Positions 1 to 12,871 of a stretch of 64,000 bases of DNA are shown here, in pieces. Made by a program: the position numbers and the translations under genes. This DNA comes from Octopus vulgaris (lineage: Eukaryota), in assembly GCA_951406725.2 (NCBI GenBank), contig OX597835.1, positions 40,238,001-40,302,000 on the forward strand, in the 5' to 3' direction. Each line of letters opens with the position of its first letter. The stretch's first letter is position 1. The notes under the pieces were generated by a model that was given only the letters and a program-made list of their open reading frames with translations, searched no databases and had not been told where the DNA came from.

Positions 1-84
1 TTTTTCTCTTGGCTTTAATAAGAAAATTCTGTAAAAAAGATCCGCTACTGCAGCAACGAACTCTGCTATTAATATATTTTTCTT

Positions 85-323
85 GGATCTTTTCCTTTTA
101 AACGGCACTTTGTAACATAATTTCTAGGTAACTAAAAAGTTTTAAACTTCGATTCATTGGTTAAAATTCTAAAAATTAAACTACGTTAAACAAATGAATT
201 ACAATTTTATCAAGAAAGCCAAGAGAAAAAAAAATGTTTTATTTTGACACATTCTACCAGTATACGAAGTTTTAAAGTGTTTAGTTAACTAGAAATTGTC
301 TGCCGTTCAAAAGGAAAAGATCC
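85..323. mobile_element. MITE of the GGATCTTTTC TIR family (short variant)
   Basis: TIRs GGATCTTTTCCTTTTAAACGGCA / TGCCGTTCAAAAGGAAAAGATCC; 8-bp TSD TTTTTCTT on both sides. Confidence 0.9.
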
Positions 324-1089
324 TTTTTCTTTGCAACACACGCCCACACGGCCTAGAATTTTGGAGGAAGATGAATTTTCCACTAAATCGACGCCAGTAC
401 TTGACTGATACTTTATGTTATGATGCCACCACCACCACGAGAGATGTGAAAGGCAAAGTCACGTTCGGTGTCATTACAGGTGTGAGAAGCAAAGTCGCGC
501 TCGGTGTCATTACAGGTGTGTGAAGCAAAGTCATGCTCGGTGTCAATAACACTTTATGTACCTTATAACAACATTTTCAGGTTGTGCAATTTACAGAAAT
601 TATTGCAAGCTACCACTGAGCTGAATTAAAATAAATACAAATTAACTGCATCATTTAAATTGAGCCGGTGCCCTTTCATATTCCACCGTTTCATAACTTT
701 TGATTTTTCTTACGAATCTTCGATATTTATTAGATATTTTAAAGATTTTGCTTTAATTTTTTCTGTTTCCTTTCTTACACTTCCTTAATTTATATAACTT
801 TCCGATCGAAAGTTTACCGGTTCGTTGCATTAGCTTATCTCTATGACAACACCGGCAACGGGGCTTTTTGATTGGTTAAAATTACATTAATTTAAATATT
901 TGAAACTTCTTCATTATTTATTTCTAAAAAAAAAAAATAGTTTAATGCAATTTCCGTCATCAGCATTTTTTGAAAATAATCTGCTGACAATTTGTAAAAC
1001 TTCACCTCTTCCTACAATTATTTCCTTTCTTCACGTTCTCTCTCCGTCCTGATATTAACCGTATCTTATTCAATTCCTATATCTAAATC

Positions 1090-1512
1090 GGATCTTTTCG
1101 GTTTGGACGGCAGTTTTTTAAAATAATTTCCACGTAACTAAGCACTTTTAAACTTCGTATACTGGTAGAATGTGTTTATAAAACATATTTTTCTCTTGGC
1201 TTTCTTGAGAAAATTCTATAGTTTGTAAGATATTTGTTGTCGTTTTTTTTCTTCAATTTCTGCAATTTCAACCAATCAATGACGTCCATTGAGGTAAAAA
1301 AAACATTCTGTGCCGTATGAATATGTCCCTCGTTTAAGAAACAGATTGGGTTTATTTACATTTGTGAAGAAAAAAATATACCCATCCCCCCACACCTAAC
1401 CCTAACCCTAAAACAGATTGAAATGCAATAGATCGATACTAGGGTCATAATTATGGGTGACAATTTCATATGACACTGCTAGAAAAAACTGCCGTTCAAA
1501 CCAAAAAGACCC
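1090..1512. mobile_element. MITE of the GGATCTTTTC TIR family
   Basis: TIRs of about 28 bp; 8-bp TSD TCTAAATC; internal CCTAACCCTAACCCTAA; near-identical to 45608-46026. Confidence 0.92.
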
Positions 1513-1744
1513 TCTAAATCATCTATCATACCCTTTTCCCTCCAGTATACTTATGTGCAATCTACCCACTTGTTTTTTTCTGTTCCTCCAACCCATGACC
1601 TTTGGGGACCCATATAAGATTTCATTGTTAAAGCTTATGAGCAATAATTTGATTATGCTTTTAGAAATATACACAAAATATTTTAACAGTTTGAAGTACA
1701 ATTCCTAAAATATTTAATTATATGAATACCATATCTGTTAAGAC

Positions 1745-1950
1745 CTACCAAAAACTGAGCAAGTATAAAGATCTTGAAATAGAAATTAGCAAAATGTGGA
1801 ACGTGAAGACTAAAACAATACCTGTTGTCATAGGTGCCCTAGGAATGATAACAAAAGAGGCTGATTGCTACCTAGCTCAGATATAAGGAAACCCCAGAAT
1901 GGCAGAAATTCAAAAGATAGTGCTCATGGGAACTGCCCATATCCTATGTA
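1745..1950 (+). mobile_element. 3' fragment of an R4/Dong-like LINE (restriction-like endonuclease region)
   Basis: Translates KYKDLEIEISKMWNVKTKTIPVVIGALG..IQKIVLMGTAHIL. Confidence 0.7.
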
Positions 1951-2039
1951 ATCTCAATGTAACTGGAATGAAAAAGCTGACAAACCCATGGTCATAGTTA
2001 TGACTCACTCCTGAACAAGAGATATCAACATACAATCTT

Positions 2040-2480
2040 TCTGAGAAATGTGATAGGTGTAGGAGTGGCTGTGTGCGTGCCAAGCTGTCAAGGCACGGAA
2101 GTGCTGTCTCGCCGACATGTCTGCGATGTGAGCAGGATAGGGAAACCGTCTTGCACACATTCATGGAGTGCCTGGAGTTATCGGGACTGATTGCTTTTGC
2201 CGAACAACTGTTGTCAGTGAGTGGAAGAGTACAGCTATCAGCAGAGACTATCATTGAGATTGTGCCACATCTTTTCCTCAGCAAGGAAGGCTTGTTTTTC
2301 TTGCGTAGTAGCCATACTGAAAGAAACAGTATGGCAGACGTGCACGAAAGGTATAGTGACAGGTACCATTATATCCAGCCAGGGGTTGGTTAATTTTTTA
2401 GTTACCACCTCAGTAGTAAGATCAGGCCGGAGAAGAGGTGTCTGTCACGAGATATGTTTGTGAAAAGATGGAAGCCTGTA
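2040..2480 (+). mobile_element. Degenerate L1/Tx1-like LINE ORF2 C-terminal fragment
   Basis: Zinc-knuckle-like CLRCEQDRETVLHTFMEC; frameshifted downstream. Confidence 0.55.
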
Positions 2481-2691
2481 GCTTGCAAGCTGGGTATATT
2501 TGGCACCAGGTAAGTGTGGCCGGATCAAGAAGTAAAGGTTCTACCCAGATGGCTGGGTTCCTTGCCCTATTGTGTAATATTAAATTTGTAAACTTTATAT
2601 TGTAAATACTAAAACGTTTTAAGCTACTTCACCCTATATGTTTGTATGTCCCCTCTATGTAACGCCTTAATGGCGAATTTTCATGAAATAA

Positions 2692-3000
2692 AGTAGCTTG
2701 CTTACCAACCACATGGTTCTGGGTTCAGTCCCACTACGTGGCACTTTGGGCAAGTGTCTTCTACTATAGTCTTGGGCCAGCCAAAGCCTTGTGAGTGGAT
2801 TTGGTATGTGTTTGTCCCCCCAACATCGCTTGACAACCGATGCTGGTGTGTCTATGTCTCCATAACTTAGCGGTTCAGCAAAAGAGATCGATAGAATAAG
2901 TATTAGGCTTACAAAGAATAAGTCCTGTGGTCAATTTGCTCGACTAAAGGCGGTGCTCCAGCACGGCCACAGTCAAATGACTGAAACAAGTAAAAGAGTA
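2692..3000 (+). mobile_element. tRNA-headed SINE, family A (CORE-like), 5'-truncated copy. Other copies at about 19455-19855, 33222-33920, 36924-37322(-), 42183-42555(-), 42930-43280, 43590-44120, 46960-47670, 49685-50100, 50640-51032(-), 52012-52412, 53240-53645(-), 53817-54303, 57120-57615(-), 63670-64000
   Basis: Full copies have head GGAGTGGCTGTGTGGTAAG..GGGTTCAGTCCC, CORE-like CCTTGGGCAAGTG, internal (TA)n/(TG)n and tail GACTGAAACAAGTAAAAGAGTAAA; more than 15 copies in the window. Confidence 0.88.
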
Positions 3001-3604
3001 ATAATAATAATAACATAGGTACATAGGTTACAAGAACAGACACATATGGAGACACGGAGCCACACATATAAAGATGCACATACAAACATGGTACATAGTT
3101 GCATAACACACACACACACAGACATGCACACACAAGGAGACAGAGGTGCATACATATACAAACACACGCTTACACACACATATAGGAAATACACAAACAC
3201 GGACAGGCAAGCACATAAATATGCAGGATGCGTACTTACAGATGCACACACATACATACATATATACACATGCAAACACACACATACATACATACATACA
3301 TGCATGCATGTATAGGCACACACACACATGCGCACAAACAAACAAAAGGGAACGCAGTGTAAATAAGGGACAGAGTCAAGACTATTGAAAAGGTTGCAAG
3401 ACGCAACGAAAGTTTTGGGAAAATAGAAATAAGAGATAAGTGGAAATTTTACCGGTGAGTGTGTTGAATAAAAAGGCACAAGAAGAAAATGACTCTCCCC
3501 AGACACAACAGAATATGCTTCAACACACAAACTCATATAAAGAATCTTGCAAACCAAATCCCAAAACGAAAAACAACAATAACATTTTGAGTTTGCATAT
3601 TTAT

Positions 3605-4045
3605 AACATTGAAACTCCGACGTCTGGCAGCTGACTTGGCAGACACCCATAAAATTATTAACCATCTTACAAACAATAACTCTGAGCACCTTTTCAAACT
3701 CCACCCGTCTAACACCCGTGGACATGTTTACAAAGTCAGAAAACAGCACAGCTCCCATTACTTTCGGAAACATTTTTTCACGCTGAGAGTTGCTGAAGCA
3801 TGGAACAAACTGCTGGCATCAGTTGTTAGTTGTCGGAGCACAGCATCCTTCAAAACTTCCATGCTTCCTGAGATTCGCCAACACTACACCGGATTTCCTT
3901 CCCTCCATACACACACAAGCATGTATCTGACTCATACATTGTTCGCTTCCCAGACATTTGTACAGTACTGCATACGCTTTATACGCACTTTTTGACAAGT
4001 TGTGCTGCACCTGAGCACTGCATACAATAATTTCATTATTATTAT
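3605..4045 (+). mobile_element. CR1/L2-type LINE 3' end
   Basis: LRRLAADL..NTRGHVYKVRKQ..RKHFFTLRVAEAWNKL is a typical CR1 ORF2 C-terminus; (ATT)n tail; related minus-strand copy at about 44290-45160. Confidence 0.85.
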
Positions 4046-4091
4046 AAAGTTTTTTTTTATAAATCCTTAAAGGAAAAAAAAAATAACTCAC

Positions 4092-4461
4092 TGTGCCCCA
4101 GAAGCTGCAAATGTATTTGCCCAGACATCAGAGTTGAAGAATTCAGCAGTAAACCTTGGTGCAAAGTCAGCATAGGTGAAGTCAGGTCGGTAGTTTTGTT
4201 CATGAAATCAATATAAGCAGGAATTTTTTTACCTTGCCAGTTCCACCAAAACCATTCTGAACCATAACTTGGCACAGAAAACACCCCCCAGTGAAGGAAG
4301 ATACCAATCTTGGCGTCATCATACCATTTTGGTATTGGTCGAGTGTCCAAAGAAGTCCAATCGGGGGAGTAGCGCAATTGTCTAGATCCATGTGAGCCCT
4401 TCTGGAAAGAAACCAAAACAGCAAGTAAAAGGAGAGCAAGAATTGTCTTGGAGATTCTCAT
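4092..4461 (-). CDS. FUCA: Exon 1 of a second alpha-L-fucosidase paralog, with a 1-nt frameshift; remainder not found in the window
   Basis: [72 protein letters not shown]; after adding one A it continues [34 protein letters not shown]. Donor CA|GTGAGT at the same phase-2 position as in the other gene. Confidence 0.9.
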
Positions 4462-4949
4462 GATTCTTTGGTTTGGTTTGATTTGATTTGTATTTCTTTT
4501 GGAAGCACAAAAGTGGAATTGTTTAGTTTGTTTAGCTAAATGGTTGCTTGCTTTCTCTGTCTAAAGTCTGTCTCTTCCCAACTATCTCTCTATATATATA
4601 TGTGTGAGTGTGTGTGCACGTGTGTATATGTGCTCACATGCATGTGTGTACCATGTCAAAATATTACCCCTTCCTCTATACACTTTGACACAAATACCTG
4701 TTTCTCTAATGATAAACAAAATTGTTTCATTTCATTTGTTGTTTTAATTGTTGTTGTTGTTGATGTTTTGGTCTTTGCCCCAAAATGTAAAAATAGAAGC
4801 CACATGATGTTAGATTTTTGTTTATTTTGGTCCAACTTGACACAATTTATCTGTGGTGAGGGGTGGCCATGGCCATGTTAAAGCTTGTCTTCCATTGGCA
4901 GCAAGCTCAATTTATCAGATATGGTTTAAGAGGGTTAAAGTGCATGTCA

Positions 4950-5310
4950 CCCACCAACACCAATACCATTACCACCATCGACACCACCCCTACTCCCAAA
5001 CCACCACCACCACCACCACCACCTTCAACATCCATTATCACTATCACTGCTACCATCCTTGTTTTTCATCATCATCATCATCATCACCATTATCCTAACT
5101 GTCATCTCTAAACTCTTCATTCACTGTTATTACCTCCTCACCACCACCACCATCATAATCATCACCATCACCATTACTACTACCAAGTCTACCACGACCA
5201 CTATCATCATCATCATCATCATCATCATCCTCATCATCATCATCATCATCATCGTCATCATCATCATCATCGTCATCATCAGCGATCCCACCACCACCAC
5301 CACCTTCCAA
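4950..5310. repeat. Compound (CAC)n/(CAT)n microsatellite
   Basis: Direct inspection; explains the poly-H, poly-I and poly-D ORFs. Confidence 0.95.
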
Positions 5311-5680
5311 CACTCTCTCCAGCACTGATATAAATAACAATCGCCATTATCACAAACAATTGTCCAGGTGATTGTCTGATAGATCTGATAAAAGGGTATC
5401 TGAGTTCAAATAACATTCAAGTTGGCTTTCCATTTTTATTCCTTCCGGGGGTGGGGGGTGGGAAAGGATGCAGATTGAAACAAAGTACTATTTCTATATT
5501 AATGTCAACAATATATTCAACATTGTCAAAAATACTGTTTGGCAGCGGTTTAACAGATCAAAGAATTTCAGAGTGTAAAAATTTTGGACATAGTTTGTGT
5601 GTGTGTGTGTATGCATATATATATATCTTTATATATACTAAACTGAGAATGTGTGTGTGTCTGTCTGTCTGTCTGTGTGT

Positions 5681-6120
5681 TTCCCTAAAACTTGAGAACT
5701 ACACAACCAATTTCATTCAAATTTTACACATGCCTTACTTAGTGTCCGGGGAATGTCATCGGCAAAAATTTTTAACTTTTTGCCTAGGGCGAGCCCACAG
5801 CAATATCATATCTTCTCCACTACAATTCCCTAAAACTTGAGAACTACACAACCAATTCCATTCAAATTTTACACATGCCTTACTTAGGGTCCATGTAGTT
5901 TCATGGGCAAAAAAATGTTCAACTTCTTGTCTAGATCGAGCCAATAGCAATATCATATCTTCTCCACTACAATTCCCTAAAACTTGAGAACTACACAACC
6001 AATTTCATTCAAATCTTACACATGCCTTACTTAGGATCCATGTAGTTTCATGGGCAAAAAAAATGTTCAACTTCTTGTCTAGAGCGAGCCAATAGCAATA
6101 TCATATCTTCTCCACTATTT
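5681..6120. repeat. Tandem repeat, about 146-bp unit x3
   Basis: TTCCCTAAAACTTGAGAACTACACAACC recurs at about 5681, 5826 and 5973. Confidence 0.9.
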
Positions 6121-6967
6121 CAGTATTACGTGTTAAAAGTGAAACAAAAACGTTTCTCTATTTTATGTCAGATACTTTCACTTTAACAATAAAAATAATA
6201 ATAACAATTGAATTATATGTAGTAAGTAATAATTAAAATCAAACTAAAGTATAATATAATCGTAACATAACAAAAGTAAAAATAGCAATTGGTATAAAAT
6301 TGCATCAATGACTTGAACTTGAACAAGTGTTTTCACATGAATGGGAATAAATTAAAAATAAAATTAGCATGCAGAAATAGAATAGTCCAGATGGATAATA
6401 AAAAAATTAAATTAAAGAAAAGACTATTGTCTATAAAGTATACAATATAGAGAAAAAAGAATTTTTGAACATATGGAGGAAAGCACCTTCGAAAAGTGTC
6501 TTGGTGCAACTATGAAAGGTATCTAATCAGAAGCGGTAAATTCGCCACAATAGAAGCAAGTCAACTGAGCGTGCAAGGGAGTACTCGACTCAAACTTGCA
6601 AAGTGGAAATATTTTATTTTTACCTTTATATCTAGGATGTAGGACGTCCTGGAAAAAAATTTGAAATGCCCCCCCACCCCCAAGTAGAGGTAGGCTGGAT
6701 TGTAGCCACACTTCTATACAAGAGGGAGGACAAGATACAATTGATCGAAATTACAAGAGACGGGCTAACAATTCCAGTCTGTTATATATTTTGAGTATTG
6801 TTATCACTAGCGATATGAAGATATAACTTTGTATTTTGTATTTTATGTGTAGATGTATATATATAGATGTACATGTAATATGTACATATATATATACACA
6901 TACATACATGCACTAGCACTATGACCCAGCAACGACGGGTCTTTAATGCTAGTATATATATATAAAA

Positions 6968-7003
<36 letters not shown>

Positions 7004-9168
7004 ATATGTATATATATATATATATATATAAAGTTAATCCAAACAAGAAAACAAAAAGACAACAACGCAAGGATGTGGAACAAATAAAGTATTATTGGAC
7101 GCTAAGGGAAGAAGGAGGGTTTGACGTTTCGAGCGGAGCTCTTTGTCGGAAACATAGGAGAAAGAAAGATCCCGAGACGGAAGGACAGAGGAAAAAAAAT
7201 TGCAGGTAGTATTCACGAGGTCACATACTAAAAGACGGAAGTGGTAAAAAAGGAGGAAAATGTTTTTGAGGCGCAATGGCCCAGTGGTTAGGGCAGCGGG
7301 CTCGTGGTTGTAGGATCGCGGTTTCGATTCCCTGACCCCAATGTTTGTTTTTCTGTCCTTGTATCGTTCCCTCTTTTTCTCAACCTTATGGCGAATAAAG
7401 AAATTCTCTCTCTCTCTCTCTTTGTCTCACTCACTCTCTTTCTTAGTCTCACTCATACAGCAGACAAATATATTTATGAGGCATCAGGCCTCGCTTTGAT
7501 ACAGCTAGCCTCATTCCAAGCTACACTGTAGAAACAGTCTCAGTTCCTACCAGCTTTCAGTCAAAGACACGTCTTCTCTGTAGCTCCACACACAAGCTCC
7601 CTCATGCAACTCACATGTCTATTCACCTCGGCACAAGATATATGGTTCGTAAATGAAAAGATTTTATCACACACACATTCTCAAAATAACTTCTCATTAC
7701 ACACATGCATACATACTGTAATACAAATATCACCGGCTGACACTCGACGATACATCGAAGAGGCCAGGGAACAGAAGAAAGAAGACATGCACCCAACACC
7801 AGAGCTGAAGACACCTCCGAAAGGCGGGGCCCCGCCACATCAAAACGGTAGAGGAGTAGGGGCCGAAACCGGATGTGGTTCCTCCTGATGATGTCTTGAG
7901 CTAACTGGATCCTATAAAGGAGCTGTTGTGGCAGCAGACCACGAAACACGGTTGTAATTCCTCCTGTTACTTCTGTCAGTGCAAAAGCATAAATCAAAAG
8001 TTTCTTTGTATGTAAACACCCATGTTTTTGTGCCATACCACATGCTTCCACCTAAACACACATGTTTTTGTGTCATACTACATGCTTCCACCACAAAAGG
8101 TGAACACAGAATAATCAATATATTTTTACACCGAAATGTCTAATGGTGATTCATACTGTTTTTTGCATTTAATAACAATCAGCACGTGAACAGTCAACGA
8201 CAGCTGTTATAATGTTTTTTATGAGTAAGTATGTGCGAGCGTCCAAGGATTGATATATGTAGGAAATTTCAATAAAAATATATTTACTTTCTGAAAGTTA
8301 TGAGGAAGCAAAACCAGGCGAGACACACTAGTGTCACTGTTGTCCTCTTATCTCCCCTTTCATACAACCTACAGAAAAGTCATCAGGTGATAAAACATTA
8401 ATCATCAAATGGAATAATTAATTAATTAAAATTAATTAATTAAAAGTGACTGATATTTTAATTACTTGATACAAAAATATAGCACAATGAATCATTATTG
8501 TTTAGCCTTGCTCAAATAGATCTCATATGGAAAGCATTCCGACCATGACCATCCAGTCTTTTTTGTATTTCAGTGACTGACTTTATTGTCCAATGTATTT
8601 GTCTGGAGATAGCACCTCTGATGTTAGATAACAGAAATATATCAGTAAGAGATAAAAATTGTCCAGCAGTGGTGGCGGTCAGAATGTTAGATGTGTGGGA
8701 TGAATACAGCAGTTAATGCTGCTCCAGTTCACTCAGCTGTAGAAATGAGTTGCGACGTCACTGGTGCCAAGCTGTATCGGCCCCTTTGCCTCTCCCTTAT
8801 CAGTGACATGGAGAGGGGAGGCTGGTATGCATGGGCAACTGCTGGCCTTCCACAAACAACCTTGCCCGGACTGGTGCCTTGGAGGGTAACTTTCTAGGTG
8901 CAATCCCATGGTCATTTGTAACCGAAGAGGGTCTCCGGTTGTATTAATGTAAAGCGTACCTGTTGGCATGGTGACATTGGGACAGGCTGCAGATTTGCTC
9001 ATCCCAAATTCCATATATGAGCAGTGCTCATTCCACTCCCTTGAAGACCAGGAAGAACAGCCTCCAACAACACAGCATCAAATCACATCTGATACATCTA
9101 CGTTCAGATGTATTTCTCTTAGTGACATGCATATTACCTTGATTACATTCCACTAAGTCTCTCAGGTG

Positions 9169-9480
9169 TGGAGGCACAATGGCCCAGTGGTTAGGGCAGC
9201 AGACTTGCAGTCGGAGGATCACAGCTTTGATTCCCAGACCGGGCGTTGTGTGTGTTTATTGAGCGAAAACACCTAAAGCCCCACGAGGCTCCAGCAGGAG
9301 GTGGTGGCGACCCCTGTTGTGCTCTTTCGCTCCAACTTTCTCTCACTCTCTCTTCCTGTTTCTTGAGTAAATGCTGCGATGGACTGGTATCCTGTCCAGC
9401 TGGGGGGAACACATACGCCACAGAAACCGGGAAACCAGGCCCATGAGCCTGGCTAGGCTTGAAAAGGGCGCATAAATAAA
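9169..9480 (+). mobile_element. tRNA-headed SINE, family B. Also 47748-48000, 61425-61672(-), and head only at 7269-7331
   Basis: A box TGGCCCAGTGG, B-box-like TTTGATTCCC, shared tail GGGCCCATGAGCCTGGCTAGGCTT. Confidence 0.82.
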
Positions 9481-9964
9481 TAAAAGTCTCTCAGGTACTG
9501 TGTTTTGCATTGTTGGGACGTTACGAGGCCCCTGATGTTCAGCAAGAATACTGGTCTAACATGTAGGGTGTTGGTGGTGGCCACTGGTCTGACATGCACA
9601 GAGGTGTTAGAGGAGGCCACCCTGGATCCTTTGTTGTTTGAGGTGGTTGTGGGTCTGGAAAGTGTTCCTCATACTGGATGTCTGGTGAAGCCAGGTTAGT
9701 TGCTGTACAATCCTCTGTGCAACCTCCAAAAAAGCCTGTTATTCAGCAGCCACTGTCTGCACTGCATCAACAGTTTGTTCCTCCTAGGAGCAGTGCTTGC
9801 ACCATCCACACACTTCCATGGTGGTGGCATTGTATCTTGTGTTGTTGGAGGCTGTTCTTCCTGGTCTTCAAGAGAGTGGAATGAGCACTGCTCATATGGA
9901 ATTTGGGATGAGCAAATCTGCAGCCTGTCCCAATGTCACCTTGCCAACAGCTACCCTTTACAGA

Positions 9965-10255
9965 CTCTGAGCTGAGAAAGAATGGAACTTGTTTCAACCA
10001 CCTTCTCTTCATGGATGATTTAAAACTGTTTGCAAAAACAGAGTCTGAAATGGAGAGGCTGGTTGAGACTGTGCATACGTGCAGCAAGGACATAGGGATG
10101 GAATTCGGTATCTCAAAGTGTGCAGTTCTTACTTTGAAGTGGGGGAAAAGAGTAAATTGTAGGGGCATAGAATTGCCAAACAGAGAGAGAGAATAGAAAA
10201 CCCGAATGATGATGGGTACATGTACCTTGGGATCCAGGAGCTGGACAATATCTTT
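9965..10255 (+). mobile_element. R4/Dong-like LINE RT fragment
   Basis: NHLLFMDDLKLFAKTE..GMEFGISKCAVL..YMYLGI. Confidence 0.8.
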
Positions 10256-10694
10256 CACAAAGACAAGATCATCACTGCATATTTCAAGCACCTCAAACTT
10301 GCAGACTGGTTTGGTTTCCTTTTTACCAGAGCCATCACCTTTGCAGGTTCTATTTCGTTTTCCTTGTGAACCCACCTTGGGCCAACATCCATCCTCAGCC
10401 CGCTGTCCACTGGAGTTTTTGTTTTTATTTTTTTCTCCTGATTTACTTTGCTGCTGTTTTTCTCCTCCATGCATGTCTTCACCTTTGGTTTCTCCTGGTG
10501 AACTTTGGCATTCTTCTTAGACTCACAGTTGTCCAGGGTGTTGCTGTCTTCTTTGTTTTATTCCTCACTTTCAGCCTTATCCTGACCCTTCTCAGATTCT
10601 ATGGAGTCACTAACTTCCTTTTCTTTTTCACCCTTTTGTACCTTCACCTCTACTTTAAATATTTTCTCTAATAAGTCCAAGTGTGGTTGTGAAA

Positions 10695-11020
10695 GCGCAT
10701 GGCTCAGTGGTTAGAGCATCAAGCTTACGACCATGAGGTTGTGAGTTTGAATCCCAGACCAGCTGCGTGTTGTGTTCATGAGCAAGACACTTTATTTCAC
10801 GTTGCTCCAGTTCACTCAGCTGTAGAAATGAGTTGCGACGTCACAGGTGCCAAGCTGTATCGGCCTTTGCCTTTCCTTGGACGACATCGATGGCAAGGAG
10901 AGGGGAAGCTGGTATGCATGGGCAACTGCTGGCCTTCCACAAACAACCTTGCCTGGACTTGTGCCTCAGAGGGTAACTTTCTAGGTGCAATCCCATGGTC
11001 ATTCATGACCAAAGGGGGTT
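10695..11020 (+). mobile_element. tRNA-headed SINE, family C. Also about 8715-8930, 46058-46365, 51850-52005, 61960-62285(-)
   Basis: Head GCGCATGGCTCAGTGGTTAGAGC..GAGTTTGAATCCC; body GTTGCTCCAGTTCACTCAGCTGTAGAAATGAGTTGCGACGTC shared by all copies. Confidence 0.82.
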
Positions 11021-11946
11021 TCCAGTTGTATTAAGGTATATGAGCAAATGAGTTCATTCTTTTTCCTCTCAATTTGAGCTATGGTTCGATGAAAACCAAA
11101 GCTCTTCAGGGCCTCTGCAATAAGAGTGTTTGACAATGTTCCTTCTGCCAGATTCCATGCAAAAAATAATTCTGAACATGACATTCCTCAACAAAAGATT
11201 GGTATGTAAAACTGCTTTTTTTGAGTGGATCAGATTTCTGCAGTAAAATGGTTAAGAGGAAGATGGAAATGTCATTTGAGGGAGGTTTGGTTGGTATTTC
11301 TTGTAGGGGGATTGAATACAAAGAAGCTCCCATTGCCTGTACATAGTTACCTGACCTGTTAGAAATAGCAACCGAATTGTCCTCAAATCACAATAAAGAA
11401 GGACACTGGATTTTGTATTCCTTGCTACACTTACGTCTCAAAAGAAAAAAATAGGAGAATGATCACAGCTACAAACCTGTGATCATAGGTATGCTGGAGA
11501 ATTACTGGCCTAGGGTTAAACACCACCACCACAAACAACATCTTGAGCCAATAAAGGTCCATCTATGTGGTTACTTGACTTGCTAGAAATAACAACCAAG
11601 TTTCCAAGTTACATTCGACATCTTAAAGGATACATATATTTTGGTCCAAGGTTTGTTGTAAAAAAAAATGATGGCTTGGTCATGGGTGGAATATTTTTGA
11701 TCAGGACTAACCTAAGGCTAAACAAGAATACCAGCAGAAGAAATAAAAGAGAAAAATAATGTGAATAAAAACACTAAGATTCCAAAATTAGAAAATACAA
11801 ATTTATTTTTCCATTTAACATAATAAAATTCATCCAAAAGTTAAGTTTCAGTAATTAAATTTTTCTTCCTTTAAAATTAGAATTTGACCAAAAATAGAAA
11901 TATGCTTATGTTTTTTCTAAGAGAGAGAGAGAAAGAGAGAGTAAAT

Positions 11947-12202
11947 TTATTCCTCAAGGTTTGTAATTTTAAACACCCATGCCCAGTCACATGGTAAGCT
12001 CGATATAGGGATGTTGGGTAGGTCAATTTGAAACCCAGTCGTAGCATAGTAACTGTATCCAATTGGCTTTGGATAACCAAGCATGTAGACAACTGTTCTT
12101 GACGTTGGTTTTACAGCTCCAAGGATGACAATATTAGTATTTGGCCAAAACAACATCGCAGCATACACAACTTTTGTGTTGTTCTCCATTTTACTGGTGT
12201 AC
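11947..12202 (-). CDS. FUCA: Alpha-L-fucosidase exon 8 (C-terminal beta domain and stop)
   Basis: Acceptor CCAG|G; encodes YTSKMENNTKVVYAAMLFWP..LPCDWAWVFKITNLEE*. Candidate AATAAA signals on the minus strand at 11946-11951 and 11802-11807. Confidence 0.93.
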
Positions 12203-12392
12203 CTGGAGGGGAGAGAAATGGTAAAACAAGAAAACCAGATAATGGCATGGAGCAATGATCTATTCATACATATATGCATATGTATATAGTTTACAGAGAA
12301 GAAAGTAAATTTTGAATGCAGTAAAGCTGTAAGAACAGCAGAGGAAGATTGAGTATTTACCCCTTATAAGAAAGAGAAAAAAAGTTGCTAGC

Positions 12393-12465
12393 AGGCAGTT
12401 ATGGGATTCGAACCTGTATCCCTCAGATACTGGCTGAGAGCTTCTACCATTAAGCCAAATGACCC
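12393..12465 (-). pseudogene. tRNA-like sequence (pseudo-tRNA-Thr(AGT) or solo SINE head) in intron 7
   Basis: A box TGGCTTAATGG; anticodon arm CTCAG-CCAGTAT-CTGAG; B box GGTTCGAATCC; poor acceptor stem; T7 run about 10 nt downstream. Confidence 0.55.
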
Positions 12466-12871
12466 TTGACAACAATTACCACCAATTTTTAATGCTAAAT
12501 TACAGTTTTTTTTAAATGTGACAACATTTTATAACAAACTTTGCAAGCGTCGAATGTGGGTGGTGATGTAGACAGACAGATAGACACACCCTGTATACAT
12601 GCATACACACACATGCAGAGATATGCAGATACCTATATGCACACTCATACACATATACATACATAGACGCCGAGTAAACTATTTGTGAAGTGATCCAAAC
12701 AAGGGAGTCACTACATTGGTGATTGATGTTCTAGAAATAGTAGCCAAATGTATCTACTTTCTTATAAAAAATGAAGGGCATGTTGGTAAATGTTTTTCAA
12801 GGTACACGATGTCAGCAACAATATCTGAAATATTTCAGACAAACGAAGATAATGGAAGCAAATATTCTTAC

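Noticed and set aside
1390-1410. Telomere or chromosome-fusion scar from CCCTAA repeats
   Set aside because: Only 2-3 units, at a fixed internal position of the MITE in several copies.
2973-3773. 266-aa ORF and the other CV/YI/HT-rich ORFs
   Set aside because: Readings of (CA)n/(TA)n tracts and antisense repeats; no domain signal.
4853-5340. Poly-His, poly-Ile and poly-Asp ORFs
   Set aside because: Translations of CAC/CAT microsatellites.
7269-7331. Functional tRNA genes here and at other A/B-box hits
   Set aside because: They match SINE heads and lack a full cloverleaf.
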